A stretch of DNA of 64,000 bases from the NCBI GenBank assembly GCA_963667565.1, contig OY763415.1, forward strand, positions 1,120,001 to 1,184,000, written 5' to 3'. Below, piece by piece: positions 9,543 through 24,182 of the stretch. This DNA comes from Acholeplasmataceae bacterium. Its GTDB lineage: Bacteria > Bacillota_I > Bacilli_A > Acholeplasmatales > Acholeplasmataceae. A program made the translations under genes and the position numbers. Under the pieces are notes generated by a model, which worked only from the letters and a program-made list of their open reading frames with translations, did no database searches and had not been told where the DNA came from. How positions within the stretch are numbered: the first letter of the stretch is position 1; the number at the start of each line of letters is the position of its first letter.

Positions 9543-9651
9543 CCTGGCAACGTCCTATTTTCGCTCCTTGGAACTATCGTCGGCGCTGAAGTGCTTAACT
9601 GCTGTGTTCGGGATGGGAACAGGTGTGACCACTTCGCCATCGTCACCAGAC
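9543..9651 (-). rRNA. rrf: 5S rRNA
   Basis: TCTGGTGACGATGGC...CCCATCCCGAACAC...AAGC...GCCGA...CGTTGCCAGG; ends approximate. Confidence 0.95.
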
Positions 9652-9708
9652 TTCTCTCAAAACTAGATAAAAGATTTGTCAAAAGTATTATACATCAATT
9701 GCTTATTA

Positions 9709-12550
<2,842 letters not shown>

Positions 12551-12720
12551 TACAATTGCTTGTTGTTTTCTTTTGACAACTTTTATCTACTTTTCAAAGA
12601 TCTTAATTTAAAATCAGAGACTGGATCTCTGAAAACTGAATATGATGAGCATGGTCTAACACGAAGTTAAACCATTGTGAGAATTGTTGTGAATACTTTT
12701 ACGTATTCGCCTTTCTCCTT

Positions 12721-14236
<1,516 letters not shown>

Positions 14237-14347
14237 AATTTATGTTTTTGTTTTGTTTGTTATAGCTCTTTTTATTTCTTTGATTCGCTCATCATCATTC
14301 AGTTTTCAAAGACCAATTCCGGCACACTTCATTTCGCGTGCTTTATT

Positions 14348-14469
14348 ATGATACCATCCACATGAGATAAAGTCAACAATAAAACGAAACTTTTTTTCGT
14401 TCTATATTCACTTACAACTGAAGTGGTGGCAACCTTTTATATTCTATCTTATTATTTTATTAAAGTCAA
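14348..14469 (-). promoter_or_regulatory. tandem rRNA promoters P1/P2
   Basis: TTGACT-17-TAGAAT (14469-14441) and TTGACT-17-TATCAT (14376-14348); boxA-like TCTTTGAAAA downstream and in the spacer. Confidence 0.8.
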
Positions 14470-14567
14470 TGTTTTTGTTTATAAAAAAACTACTTTTTTC
14501 AACTTAATGAAAAGTTGTCCAAGCAGTTTTTAAAATATATAATATTTTGTGCGGAAATTTACTCTTT

Positions 14568-16106
14568 TTAGAATCTTAATATATCATTGAATGTTACAAA
14601 TATAATAAATCCAATAAGAACAAAGAACATAATAAGATTTAGTGTGTTCTCAAATTTTTTATTGACTGGTTTACCTGTAAGTGCCTCGAAACCTAAAAAT
14701 ACTAATCTTCCTCCATCTAATGCAGGAATAGGCATTAAATTAAGTAAACCAATATTGATACTTAAAAAACCAATAAATACGACTAATGATACAAATCCAT
14801 TTTCTCTCACATTACTTACTAATTGGAAAATACCAACTGGACCAGATAAATCAGATACACCTATACTGGAATCCCCAGCTCCAAAAAGTAAACCTATCGT
14901 TGTAAATATTTCAGATACATTTGCTGAAAATTGTCTTGGCGCATATAATAGCGAATAACCAAAATCAAAAGTACCTGATGCAGAGACACCAATTTGGAAA
15001 ACAACATTAGTTGTACCAAGTGCCATTAAATCACTTTCTGAAATCAAATCATAGGTTGCAGTATCCAAGACGCCATCTCTTTCATAAGTCACGACTACTT
15101 GTCCACCTGTTGTATATGTTTTAAAGAAAGAAATAATATCGTCCCAGCTTGAAACATTTGTTTGATCTATTTTAGTAATTAAGTCTCCACTTTGAAGTCC
15201 TGCGACACTTGCTCTACCGCTACTAGATCCAATCACTGCTAAATCTGTTGAACGATCGTTTGAAATACCTGCACTTTGAACAAAGACTGTTGTATTAACA
15301 TCTTGATATGATGTTAATGTTCCATCCCTATCAATCGTGATATCAATCATTGTTGAGTCATTTGCAGACATTACAGATGATAAATCATACCAGGAACCAA
15401 TACTAGTTCCATTAATAGCAACAATTAAATCTCCTGGTTGTAGTAATAACTCTGATGCTAATGTATCATTAGCGACATCCCCAATTTGATTAGAATCATA
15501 ATTAGGTTGTTGTATAAAGAAGCCAATCACAAAGAAAAGTACAAATGCTAATATGAAGTTCATGAGTGGTCCACCAAAAATAGTGATGAATCTTTGCCAT
15601 AACGATTTGGCTTCAAAACTTCTTTCTTCTGGAGTGACCCACATGGTTTTATTCTGTTTTAATCGATAAATAGCATTTCGATATACTTCAAAACGTTCAA
15701 CACCAGATTGTGTTTCTATTTCTATATATAAAGGAGACATGTTTTTTCCATACATATCAAAGGATTTTACAACACCAATCACATCATAAGTGCCACCTTC
15801 ATACAAAACGATTTCTTTAACCTTTTTGTTTTCATCTAAAATGAGTCCAATGGTTTCACCTTTTCTAAACATGGCATCGCTAACACTTTCACCTGCCATA
15901 GAAACATACCCACCAATAGGAATTGCTCTAATCGAATATTGAGTTTCACCATCTGATTTTTGATAAATCACTGGTCCCATACCAATCGCGAATTCATGGC
16001 ATAAAATGCCTGCTTTTTTAGCAAAATAAAAATGTCCGCCTTCATGAATTAATATGATAATTCCAAGGACAAATATAAATACAAGGACGTTGATTAATAA
16101 TGTCAT
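14568..16106 (-). CDS. rseP: RIP metalloprotease RseP with two PDZ domains
   Basis: HEGGH, IPIGGYV, GGPLMNF, GPVGI, NLMPIPALDGGR. Confidence 0.95.
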   Translation of the reverse strand: MTLLINVLVFIFVLGIIILIHEGGHFYFAKKAGILCHEFAIGMGPVIYQKSDGETQYSIRAIPIGGYVSMAGESVSDAMFRKGETIGLILDENKKVKEIVLYEGGTYDVIGVVKSFDMYGKNMSPLYIEIETQSGVERFEVYRNAIYRLKQNKTMWVTPEERSFEAKSLWQRFITIFGGPLMNFILAFVLFFVIGFFIQQPNYDSNQIGDVANDTLASELLLQPGDLIVAINGTSIGSWYDLSSVMSANDSTMIDITIDRDGTLTSYQDVNTTVFVQSAGISNDRSTDLAVIGSSSGRASVAGLQSGDLITKIDQTNVSSWDDIISFFKTYTTGGQVVVTYERDGVLDTATYDLISESDLMALGTTNVVFQIGVSASGTFDFGYSLLYAPRQFSANVSEIFTTIGLLFGAGDSSIGVSDLSGPVGIFQLVSNVRENGFVSLVVFIGFLSINIGLLNLMPIPALDGGRLVFLGFEALTGKPVNKKFENTLNLIMFFVLIGFIIFVTFNDILRF

Positions 16107-16109
16107 AAT

Positions 16110-17246
16110 TTACCTCTTTTCATAAAAATCCAAAATTTGCTCTTGAATTTCTTTGTCTGTACTAATTATTTGATCTAGTGTAGGTTCTAAAATGTTTTTA
16201 AATTGTCTTACAGTTCTAGTCACTATTTCTTCAATACCTAAAAATGTAATCTTATGGTCTAAAAACAATTTTACAGCTGCTTCATTGGCTGCATTCATTA
16301 CTGTAGGTAATAATCCGCCTTTTTGACCAACTTCATATGCGAGTTCTAGTAGTGGGAATCTTTCGAAATCCATGGGTTTAAAATGCATATTCGTTAGTTC
16401 AAGTGGAGCATCAAATTCAATTCTCTTTGGATAATTGAGTGCATATCCAATCGGGATACGCATGTCATTTAATCCTAGACTTGCTTTAATGGTTCCATCT
16501 TTAAAATAAGTTAACCCATGAACGATACTTTCGTCATGTAAAATAGTTTCAATTTGCTCATATGGCAAATGAAATAAGTGATGCGCTTCAATGATTTCTA
16601 ATCCTTTATTCATCATTGTTGCACTATCTATAGTGACTTTAGGTCCCATATGCCAATTAGGGTGATTTAAAGCGTCTTCAACACTGACTTCAATCAATTG
16701 ATCTCTATTTAAATTTCTAAATGATCCACCAGATGCTGTAATCACTATTTTTTTAATATCTTCTAATCTTTCATGATCAATGGTCTGCCATATAGCAGCA
16801 TGTTCACTATCTAAAGGTAAAATATGAACACCATAATCTTTTGCATATTGATTAACAATATCACCAGCCATAACTAGTGTTTCTTTATTGGCAAGTGCAA
16901 TATCTTTTTTTTGTTTAATTGCTTCTATGGTTGGTGCTAAACCTGCAGATCCAGATAGCGCATTAACTAAAATACCAGGCTTAGGGTATTTAGCAATTTT
17001 TAATAATCCTTCATCGCCAATTACAAATGTTGTATTAGGATATTTTTTTTGATAATATGCTTTTTTAGCCTCACTTCTAAGTGAAGCAATTTCTACATCA
17101 AATTCTGTTAATATTTTATCGTTTTTTTGATCGTTAGATCCAAGTGAAATCCCAATCAATTTAAACGTATCTTTTTGTTTGGATAAAATATCAAGTGTTT
17201 GCAGTCCAATTGAACCTGCAGCACCTAATATATATATATTTTTCAT
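16110..17246 (-). CDS. dxr: 1-deoxy-D-xylulose 5-phosphate reductoisomerase
   Basis: LGAAGSIG, ALANKE, PLDSEH, ITASGG, HPNWHMG, NKGLEIIEA, NAANE. Confidence 0.96.
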   Translation of the reverse strand: MKNIYILGAAGSIGLQTLDILSKQKDTFKLIGISLGSNDQKNDKILTEFDVEIASLRSEAKKAYYQKKYPNTTFVIGDEGLLKIAKYPKPGILVNALSGSAGLAPTIEAIKQKKDIALANKETLVMAGDIVNQYAKDYGVHILPLDSEHAAIWQTIDHERLEDIKKIVITASGGSFRNLNRDQLIEVSVEDALNHPNWHMGPKVTIDSATMMNKGLEIIEAHHLFHLPYEQIETILHDESIVHGLTYFKDGTIKASLGLNDMRIPIGYALNYPKRIEFDAPLELTNMHFKPMDFERFPLLELAYEVGQKGGLLPTVMNAANEAAVKLFLDHKITFLGIEEIVTRTVRQFKNILEPTLDQIISTDKEIQEQILDFYEKR

Positions 17247-17255
17247 AAAATCCCC

Positions 17256-18209
17256 CTAAATAACGACTGGAGCTAATTCGTATAGTACTAAGAAAATAGA
17301 TGTTAATAACATTGCAACAAATAGTGTTGAATCAAATCTGTCTAAAATACCACCATGACCAGGTAATATTCTACCAAAATCTTTAATGCCATATGTACGT
17401 TTTAATCTTGATGCTACTAAGTCCCCAATTTGACCAAAGATGCTACCTAAAAATGTAAGTGGTACAATGATGAGTGCTTGTATCCAAATAGATAAATCAC
17501 CAATCGCTGTGAAATTTTGTAAAAGCGTGATGTATCCTTCGCTATTGAAAAAGTCTCCAAAAGGCGTTCCTGCAACAAATACGCGACCATAAAATAAAGC
17601 ATAAAGCGATCCTATAATGGTTGCGATGACTGTTCCAGCAATCGCACCTTCCCATGATTTTTTAGGACTGATATGTGGAACCATTTTATGTTTTCCATAT
17701 TTCATACCAAAAAGATATGCAAATACATCAGTCACCATGGTGATTAAAAATAAATAAATGATAAATCTAATCCCTAAAAATCTTAAAATGACTATTGATG
17801 ATGATCCAAGTCCAAGATAAAAGATAATGGTTAATGCTTTTCCGACATCAATCCCATTGAAATCTTTGAAAAACACTAAGAAACTAAATAGAATCAATGT
17901 AATCATTGGTATCGTTATTCTTAACACATCATTAATCGCAAGTGGCGTTTGAACAAGTGATGTACTTAACCCACTCATGGATAAAAATGTCGCAAGCGTC
18001 AGTAATGTAATGCCAATTTTTGGAAGTTTACCAAATTTTTTATTGGTTTCATACATTCTAATCATTTCTTGTGATCCAGTGAACACAAATAAAACCATAA
18101 AGACAATAAATGAATAATAGAATGCTTGAGTGTTTGTGTTAAATGGTACAAAAAACACAGGAGCTAAGATTAAAATTAAGAAAAAACTAGTGATAATTCT
18201 TTTTTTCAT
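17256..18209 (-). CDS. cdsA: phosphatidate cytidylyltransferase
   Basis: ISPKKSWEG, GDLVAS.LKR..GIKDFG..LPGHGGILDRFDS. Confidence 0.95.
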   Translation of the reverse strand: MKKRIITSFFLILILAPVFFVPFNTNTQAFYYSFIVFMVLFVFTGSQEMIRMYETNKKFGKLPKIGITLLTLATFLSMSGLSTSLVQTPLAINDVLRITIPMITLILFSFLVFFKDFNGIDVGKALTIIFYLGLGSSSIVILRFLGIRFIIYLFLITMVTDVFAYLFGMKYGKHKMVPHISPKKSWEGAIAGTVIATIIGSLYALFYGRVFVAGTPFGDFFNSEGYITLLQNFTAIGDLSIWIQALIIVPLTFLGSIFGQIGDLVASRLKRTYGIKDFGRILPGHGGILDRFDSTLFVAMLLTSIFLVLYELAPVVI

Positions 18210-18880
18210 TTAAGTCCTCCAAATCTACGGTTACGTTTTTGATAACTGTAGAGTGCTTTTTCAAATTGTCGTTTATTAAATGATGGCCAATGTACTTTTG
18301 CAAAGTAAAATTCAGCGTACGCAATTTGCCATAATAAGAAATTGGAAATACGTTGTTCCCCACTTGTTCTTATCAATAAATCAACAGGTTCTTTTACCAT
18401 TAAATGAGATTCTAATGATGCTTGAGTAACTGGTTTTTCACTTTGATTGATTGCATTTAAAATCTCATCATATGATCCATAATCAAGACATATATTTAAA
18501 GTAAGTCCAGGGTTGTCTTTGGTTTTTAATGTAATATCTTCAATGACATTAAGTAATGATTGTGGCAATCTATCTTTTCTACCAGAAACTTCAATCTTAA
18601 ACTTAAGTTCACTGATACGATCAATATTTTTTTGATAATATTCAACAGGAAAACTCATCAAATAGTCAACTTCATCTTTAGGTCGTTTCCAGTTTTCCGT
18701 ACTAAATGCATAAACACTAAGCTTTTCAATGCCAAAATCATTCGCTATATTTGCGATTTTGAATAAGTTTCTACCACCCATATAATGACCAAATGATCTT
18801 GGTTGTTTTCTTTTTTTTGCCCATCTACCATTGCCATCTAAAATGATTGCAACATGTTTAGGAATGTTTGTTATTTTCAC
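18206..18880 (-). CDS. uppS: polyprenyl (undecaprenyl-type) diphosphate synthase
   Basis: HVAIILDGNGRWA, FSTENWKRP, IRTSGEQRISNFLLWQ, RRFGG. Confidence 0.96.
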   Translation of the reverse strand: MKITNIPKHVAIILDGNGRWAKKRKQPRSFGHYMGGRNLFKIANIANDFGIEKLSVYAFSTENWKRPKDEVDYLMSFPVEYYQKNIDRISELKFKIEVSGRKDRLPQSLLNVIEDITLKTKDNPGLTLNICLDYGSYDEILNAINQSEKPVTQASLESHLMVKEPVDLLIRTSGEQRISNFLLWQIAYAEFYFAKVHWPSFNKRQFEKALYSYQKRNRRFGGLK

Positions 18881-18979
18881 TATTAATCACCTTATCTTAT
18901 TATAACCTATTTATAATAAGATTAAAAATATTTTAATAATTTCACTTATTTCATAAAAAAAAAGGCATCGCTGCCTTTT

Positions 18980-19534
18980 CTACATTTTTAATAATTCGTT
19001 GCCTTTTTCCTTGATTTCTTCATCAATTTTTTTAACATATTTATTTGTTAATTCTTGAACATCATCAAGATATCCTTTTTCATCATCTTCGGGTAAGCCC
19101 AATTTCTTAACATGGTCATTTCCATGATGACGGATATTTCTAATACCAACTTTAGCTTGTTCACCTATTTTATCAACTTCTTTAACCAATTGTCTACGTC
19201 TTTCTTCTGTAGGTTGAGGTAGGATTAAGCGGATACCATTACCATCATTAAGTGGATTTAATCCAAGATCAGATGCGTAAATTGCGGTTTCAATTTGTTT
19301 TAAAATGGATTTATCGTATGGCTTAATATATAATTGATTACCTTCAACGACAGATACAGATGATATCTGTTTAATTGGTGATGGTGCACCATAATAATCA
19401 ACATTTACATGATCAAGTAATGATGGATTTGCACGACCAGTTCTCACTGCTGCAAATTCTCTAACCAATGCCTCAATCGTTTTTTCCATATTTTCTTCAA
19501 TTTCCATTAATAGCATATCAGCTTGTTCATTCAT
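18980..19534 (-). CDS. frr: ribosome recycling factor
   Basis: VRTGRANPSLLD, YYG, TEERR. Confidence 0.96.
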   Translation of the reverse strand: MNEQADMLLMEIEENMEKTIEALVREFAAVRTGRANPSLLDHVNVDYYGAPSPIKQISSVSVVEGNQLYIKPYDKSILKQIETAIYASDLGLNPLNDGNGIRLILPQPTEERRRQLVKEVDKIGEQAKVGIRNIRHHGNDHVKKLGLPEDDEKGYLDDVQELTNKYVKKIDEEIKEKGNELLKM

Positions 19535-19537
19535 GTT

Positions 19538-20251
19538 TTATTCCTCCCATGTAACAACTGTGCCAATAGGTTCTTCTAATACAGCTCTCTTAATATTTCC
19601 AGATGTATTCATATTGAACACAATCATATTAATTTTATTTTCTGTACAAATAGATGCAGCAGTTTGATCCATGACTTGTAAATTTTGTTTTAATACTTCT
19701 TTTTGTGAAATTGTTTCAAATTTAACAGCATCATCAAATTTTCTTGGGTCTTTATCATAAACACCTTCGACACCATTTTTAGCCATTAAAATAATTTCAC
19801 AATTGAGTTCTGCAGCACGTAGTGCAGCTGCAGTATCTGTTGAGAAAAATGGAGATCCCGTTCCTCCTGAGAAAATGAGAACTCTGCCTTTCTCAAAATG
19901 TCTTAATGCTCTTCTTCTAATATAGGGTTCAGCTACAGCACTTACAGGTAACACTGTCATAACTCTTGATGGTACATCAATAGATTCTAATGCATCTTGC
20001 AAAGCAAGACCATTCATGATGGTACCAAGCATGCCCATGTAATCAGCTTGTGCTCTATCCATACCAAGTTCTTCACCAATTTTTCCACGCCATAAGTTAC
20101 CAGCACCGACAACGATGCCAACTTCGACCCCTAATTGTTGTAATTCCTTGATTTCAGTGGCAATTTTTTTCACAGTAATTGGATGAATACCATAAGACCC
20201 ATCACCTTTTAAAGCTTCTCCACTCAATTTTAAAATGACTCTTTTATACAT
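19538..20251 (-). CDS. pyrH: UMP kinase
   Basis: LKLSGEAL, GNLWRG, DYMGML, FSTDTAAALRA. Confidence 0.97.
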   Translation of the reverse strand: MYKRVILKLSGEALKGDGSYGIHPITVKKIATEIKELQQLGVEVGIVVGAGNLWRGKIGEELGMDRAQADYMGMLGTIMNGLALQDALESIDVPSRVMTVLPVSAVAEPYIRRRALRHFEKGRVLIFSGGTGSPFFSTDTAAALRAAELNCEIILMAKNGVEGVYDKDPRKFDDAVKFETISQKEVLKQNLQVMDQTAASICTENKINMIVFNMNTSGNIKRAVLEEPIGTVVTWEE

Positions 20252-20280
20252 TGACTGCCACTCCCTTTATATTGATTTAT

Positions 20281-21156
20281 TTATTTGCGAACTTGTGCTG
20301 CAACTTCTGCTGCAAAATCTTCTTCTTTCTTCTCAATACCTTCGCCTACTTCTAAGCGTGTAAATGATAAGACTTTATTGTTTTTAGATTTTAAGTATTG
20401 TGCAACTGTTTGATCTGGATCTTTAACAAATGGTTGATCCACTAAACATACATCTTGTAAGAATTTATTTAAACGTCCAACAACCATTTTTTCAACGATG
20501 TTTGCTGGTTTACCTTCTTCTAATGCTTGTTGAGTTAATACATGTTTTTCATGATCTAATGTTTGTTGATCAACTTGTGAGCGATCTAAATATTGTGGTC
20601 TATTTGCAGCAACATGCATTGCAACATCTTTCGCAACTTCTTGATCTTCTGTTTCAACAACTGTTAATACTGCAATTCTACCACCCATGTGTAGATATGC
20701 ACCAAAACCTTGTTGTTCTTCTTTAACCACTCTTGAAACTCTACGTAAAGAAATTTTTTCTCCAATTGTAGCAGTTGCATCAATAAGCATTTTTTCAACA
20801 GTCACACCATTAAGTTCTGCTTTAAATGCTTCTTCAGTGTTCGTTGCACCTGATGCACTAATTGTTTGACCTACTGTGTTTAATAAATCTAAGAATTGTT
20901 GGTTTTTTGCAACAAAGTCAGTTTCTGAATTGACTTCGAAAATAACTGCTTCATTTCCATCAACGACGATATTACACAAACCTTCAGCTGCAATTCTATC
21001 AGCTTTCTTAGCAGCTTTTGAAATACCTTTTTCTCTTAGGTAGTCAATCGCTTTATCAATATCAGCACCAGATTCTTCTAAAGCTTTTTTGCAATCTAAC
21101 ATTCCAGCGCCAGTTTTTTCTCTTAATTGTTTGATTAATTGTACTGTTACTTCCAT
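20281..21156 (-). CDS. tsf: elongation factor Ts
   Basis: LREKTGAGMLDCKKAL, AAEG, EVNSETDFVA. Confidence 0.97.
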   Translation of the reverse strand: MEVTVQLIKQLREKTGAGMLDCKKALEESGADIDKAIDYLREKGISKAAKKADRIAAEGLCNIVVDGNEAVIFEVNSETDFVAKNQQFLDLLNTVGQTISASGATNTEEAFKAELNGVTVEKMLIDATATIGEKISLRRVSRVVKEEQQGFGAYLHMGGRIAVLTVVETEDQEVAKDVAMHVAANRPQYLDRSQVDQQTLDHEKHVLTQQALEEGKPANIVEKMVVGRLNKFLQDVCLVDQPFVKDPDQTVAQYLKSKNNKVLSFTRLEVGEGIEKKEEDFAAEVAAQVRK

Positions 21157-21189
21157 TTTATTTTTCCTCCATCAACGGGTTTTATTTGT

Positions 21190-21218
21190 AAAAAATAAGG
21201 GGACATAATCCCCTTATT
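21190..21218 (-). terminator. intrinsic terminator/attenuator between rpsB and tsf
   Basis: AATAAGGGGA-ttatg-TCCCCTTATT followed by TTTT on minus strand. Confidence 0.75.
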
Positions 21219-21221
21219 GCA

Positions 21222-22148
21222 TTATTTTAGTACATCAATAAGTTCTGCTTTTTTAAGGGTTGAATATCCTGATATTCCACGATCTTTAGCAATAGCCTTT
21301 AATTCTGAAACTGTCATGTTATCAAAATCTAAAGCTTCATCTGCAACTTCTACTGATTCTTTTTTTTCTTCAACTTCAACTTGTTCTTCAACAACTGGTT
21401 TTTTGTATTCTTTTGGAGCTCTAGGTGTTACTTGAGCAGCAACTTCGTCATCGATTTTTTCAACAACGCCACCTTGACCTTCAATAACAGCATTACCCAT
21501 AACTGAAGCGATTAATTTAACTGCACGGATTGCATCATCATTTGCTGGGATAATGTAATCAACATCATCTGGATCACAGTTAGTATCAACGATACCAAAT
21601 ACTGCTATACCTAATTTACGTGCTTCTAAAATTGCATTTCTTTCTTTACGTGGATCAACGATGAAGATCGCTTCTGGAACTTTCTTCATGTCTTTAATAC
21701 CACCTAAGAATTTTTCAAGACGTGCTCTTTCATTTTTTAATTGAAGCACTTCTTTCTTAGGTAATTTTTCAAATGTTCCATCTTCTTCTAATTTGTATAA
21801 ATCATGTAATCTCTTGATTCTACGACGGATTGTCTTGAAGTTTGTTAATGTTCCACCTAACCATCTTTGATCAACATAGAATTGACCTGTACGGATAGCT
21901 TCTTCTTTAACAGCTTCTTGAGCTTGTTTTTTAGTACCGATAAATAAGAGTTTACCGCCATCTTTAATGATTTCTAATAAAGCTGCATATGCTTTTTCGA
22001 TTTCTTCAGCTGTTTTCTTTAAATCGATAATGTAGATGCCATTTCTAGATGTGAAAATGTAAGGTGCCATTTTAGGATTCCAACGACGTGTTGCATGACC
22101 GAAGTGCACACCAGACTCTAATAATTGTTTCATTGAAACGACTGCCAT
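21222..22148 (-). CDS. rpsB: 30S ribosomal protein S2 with C-terminal Rho-N-like (helix-extension-helix) domain
   Basis: [32 protein letters not shown]; tail [34 protein letters not shown] at 22148 after AAGGAG. Confidence 0.96.
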   Translation of the reverse strand: MAVVSMKQLLESGVHFGHATRRWNPKMAPYIFTSRNGIYIIDLKKTAEEIEKAYAALLEIIKDGGKLLFIGTKKQAQEAVKEEAIRTGQFYVDQRWLGGTLTNFKTIRRRIKRLHDLYKLEEDGTFEKLPKKEVLQLKNERARLEKFLGGIKDMKKVPEAIFIVDPRKERNAILEARKLGIAVFGIVDTNCDPDDVDYIIPANDDAIRAVKLIASVMGNAVIEGQGGVVEKIDDEVAAQVTPRAPKEYKKPVVEEQVEVEEKKESVEVADEALDFDNMTVSELKAIAKDRGISGYSTLKKAELIDVLK

Positions 22149-22159
22149 AAAATTAATTC

Positions 22160-22250
22160 TCCTTTTTGTTTTTACCTCTGCCATAAGATACATATCCACC
22201 ACACGGGCACTTGAACATTTAACTTATTGGCATGTGTATTTTATTAGCCT
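22160..22250 (-). promoter_or_regulatory. probable rpsB (S2) autoregulatory leader
   Basis: GC-richer structured 5' UTR between TTGCAA-17-TATATT promoter (22284-22256) and rpsB. Confidence 0.5.
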
Positions 22251-22307
22251 TAATAAATATATCATATTTATGGGTTATTTGCAAGTAGAAATGCATCATT
22301 TTTACGA

Positions 22308-22754
22308 TTATTTGTGTCCACTACTTCCAAAACCACCGACTCTTAAGATACCTTCAGTATCATCATCTTCAGTTTTTTTATAAGACATAAATATACCTTG
22401 AGCAACTCTTTCACCTTTTTCAATGGTTGTTGATTGATGACCAAAGTTAAATAATGGGACCATGATATGACCTTCGTTATTTGGATTGTTGTAGTAATCT
22501 GCATCAACAACACCAACACTATTACTCATCATTAGTTGTTTTTTGATACCCAGTGAAGACCTTGGAAACACAAAAAGTGCTTCATCTCCAGGAAGTTCAA
22601 CTTTTAATCCCGTTGGAATCATTTTTATTTCTCCTGGTTGGATAACAATTTCTTCAATGCTTGCTAAATCATAACCAGCACTGTGCTCTGTTTGTCTTTT
22701 AGGGATTTGAACACCTTGTTCTTGATATTTACTAACAACTTCAAATTTTCTCAT
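22308..22754 (-). CDS. dut: dUTP diphosphatase
   Basis: SAGYDL, PRSS, GVVDADYY, ERVAQ, RVGGFGSSG. Confidence 0.95.
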   Translation of the reverse strand: MRKFEVVSKYQEQGVQIPKRQTEHSAGYDLASIEEIVIQPGEIKMIPTGLKVELPGDEALFVFPRSSLGIKKQLMMSNSVGVVDADYYNNPNNEGHIMVPLFNFGHQSTTIEKGERVAQGIFMSYKKTEDDDTEGILRVGGFGSSGHK

Positions 22755-23277
22755 TGATGATCTCCTTAATTTTATTCAATACTAATATTTCGCGATGAAG
22801 CGTTGTTTTTAGTCCTTCTTTTTGATGATTTGCATCATGGATTGCTACTTGGTTTTTTAAAATCGCTTCTTCGATATTTTTATATGCAAATGAGAGTCCT
22901 TGATATATCTCTCTACCGACATATTGTGGGGTTTCAATTTGATTGATACGACATAAATAATAATATGATTTTTGTACATAAACATCCTTGGTATTATGAA
23001 GTCCATATTTAATTTCTTCAGTATATCCAAATGCATTTAAAATCTCAACTTGATTTGCTCCAAGTTCTTCTTTTAATTCTCTTTCTAAAGCCGTTTTATG
23101 TGCTTCACCATCTTTGATTCCTCCACCTGGAAAAGTGTAATCATTAAATAGTGTTGAATATAATAAACCAACCTCATTATTATCATTTAAAAGAATAGCT
23201 CGTACGGTTTCTCTTAATTTAATATTGGTTTGATATGTAATACCTTCTTCAATGATAGGTTGTCCTAATAAATTCAT
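22741..23277 (-). CDS. NUDIX hydrolase
   Basis: Nudix box FPGGGIKDGEAHKTALERELKEELG. Confidence 0.9.
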   Translation of the reverse strand: MNLLGQPIIEEGITYQTNIKLRETVRAILLNDNNEVGLLYSTLFNDYTFPGGGIKDGEAHKTALERELKEELGANQVEILNAFGYTEEIKYGLHNTKDVYVQKSYYYLCRINQIETPQYVGREIYQGLSFAYKNIEEAILKNQVAIHDANHQKEGLKTTLHREILVLNKIKEIINEKI

Positions 23278-24182
23278 TTTTTAATCATCCTAGGGTGCGT
23301 ATTTTTGTATGTCTCTTTAATTTTCTCTTTTGAAACATGTGTATAGATTTGCGTTGATTTCAAGTGTTCGTGACCTAACAACTCTTGAACCACTCTTAAA
23401 TCTGCACCATGATCAAGTAACGTTGTCGCAAAAGCATGTCTAATCATATGTGGATGGATTTTGTATACATCACCAGAGTTCTCAATGAGTTTTTTTAAAA
23501 CTAATTGTAATCCTCTAACAGTTAAAGTTCCACCTTTGTAGTTAATAAATATATGTGTTGTTGATGTATCGTGACCTTTGGCAAGCAATTTAGGTCTGAT
23601 ATAAGTTAGATAGTGCTTAATTTCATCAACTAAATCTTCATGAAGTGGGACAAATCGATCTTTAGACCCTTTTCCGTGAATCAAGATTTGTGATTGAGCT
23701 AATTGCAAATCTCTTATATCCATATCTACGAGTTCACTTGCTCTAAGCCCACAACTAAATAATAAATCAAGCATCAAGTAATTTCTATATCCTAGTGATG
23801 TTGATTGATCAATAGATTCAAAAAGTCTTTTCAATTCATCATCATGAATGATTACCGGGAGTTTTTTAGGAATTTTAGGAATATCGACTTGCGTGAAAAC
23901 ATTCACATCAATTTCACCTTCATTAATTAAAAAATCATAAAAGGTTCTTAATGCTGATATTTTTCTCGCAATCGTTTTACGACTTAGCCCTATTTGATCC
24001 ATATGAGATAGAAAATGTCTTGCAAGTCTTTCTCTTGTAACATCTAATAAATCTTCTGCAAGTTCTTCATTTTTAATAAAAGATTCAAAATCTTCTATAT
24101 CTTTCATGTAGCTTAAAACAGTATTTGTTGCATAATGTTTTTGATCATTTAAAAAGGACTGGAATCGTTCTTTTATATCCAT
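23274..24182 (-). CDS. xerC: tyrosine recombinase XerC (CodV-like)
   Basis: GLRASEL, GKGSKDR, HPHMIRHAFAT, LLGH..STQIYTH; follows trmFO as in Firmicutes. Confidence 0.88.
   Translation of the reverse strand: MDIKERFQSFLNDQKHYATNTVLSYMKDIEDFESFIKNEELAEDLLDVTRERLARHFLSHMDQIGLSRKTIARKISALRTFYDFLINEGEIDVNVFTQVDIPKIPKKLPVIIHDDELKRLFESIDQSTSLGYRNYLMLDLLFSCGLRASELVDMDIRDLQLAQSQILIHGKGSKDRFVPLHEDLVDEIKHYLTYIRPKLLAKGHDTSTTHIFINYKGGTLTVRGLQLVLKKLIENSGDVYKIHPHMIRHAFATTLLDHGADLRVVQELLGHEHLKSTQIYTHVSKEKIKETYKNTHPRMIKK

Noticed and set aside
12551..12720. tRNA in the 16S-23S spacer
   Set aside because: No cloverleaf or T-loop; the conserved parts are boxA and the processing-stem strands complementary to the 16S leader and 23S trailer.
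16110..18880. dxr and uppS in a wall-less organism
   Set aside because: These sit in the ancestral Firmicutes rpsB-rseP gene order, and isoprenoid carriers have uses beyond peptidoglycan, so their presence is not surprising.
23274..24182. Tyrosine recombinase as a prophage or ICE integrase
   Set aside because: Its size, motifs and position directly after trmFO match housekeeping XerC/CodV; no mobile cargo or att site is adjacent, and I could not identify a dif site.
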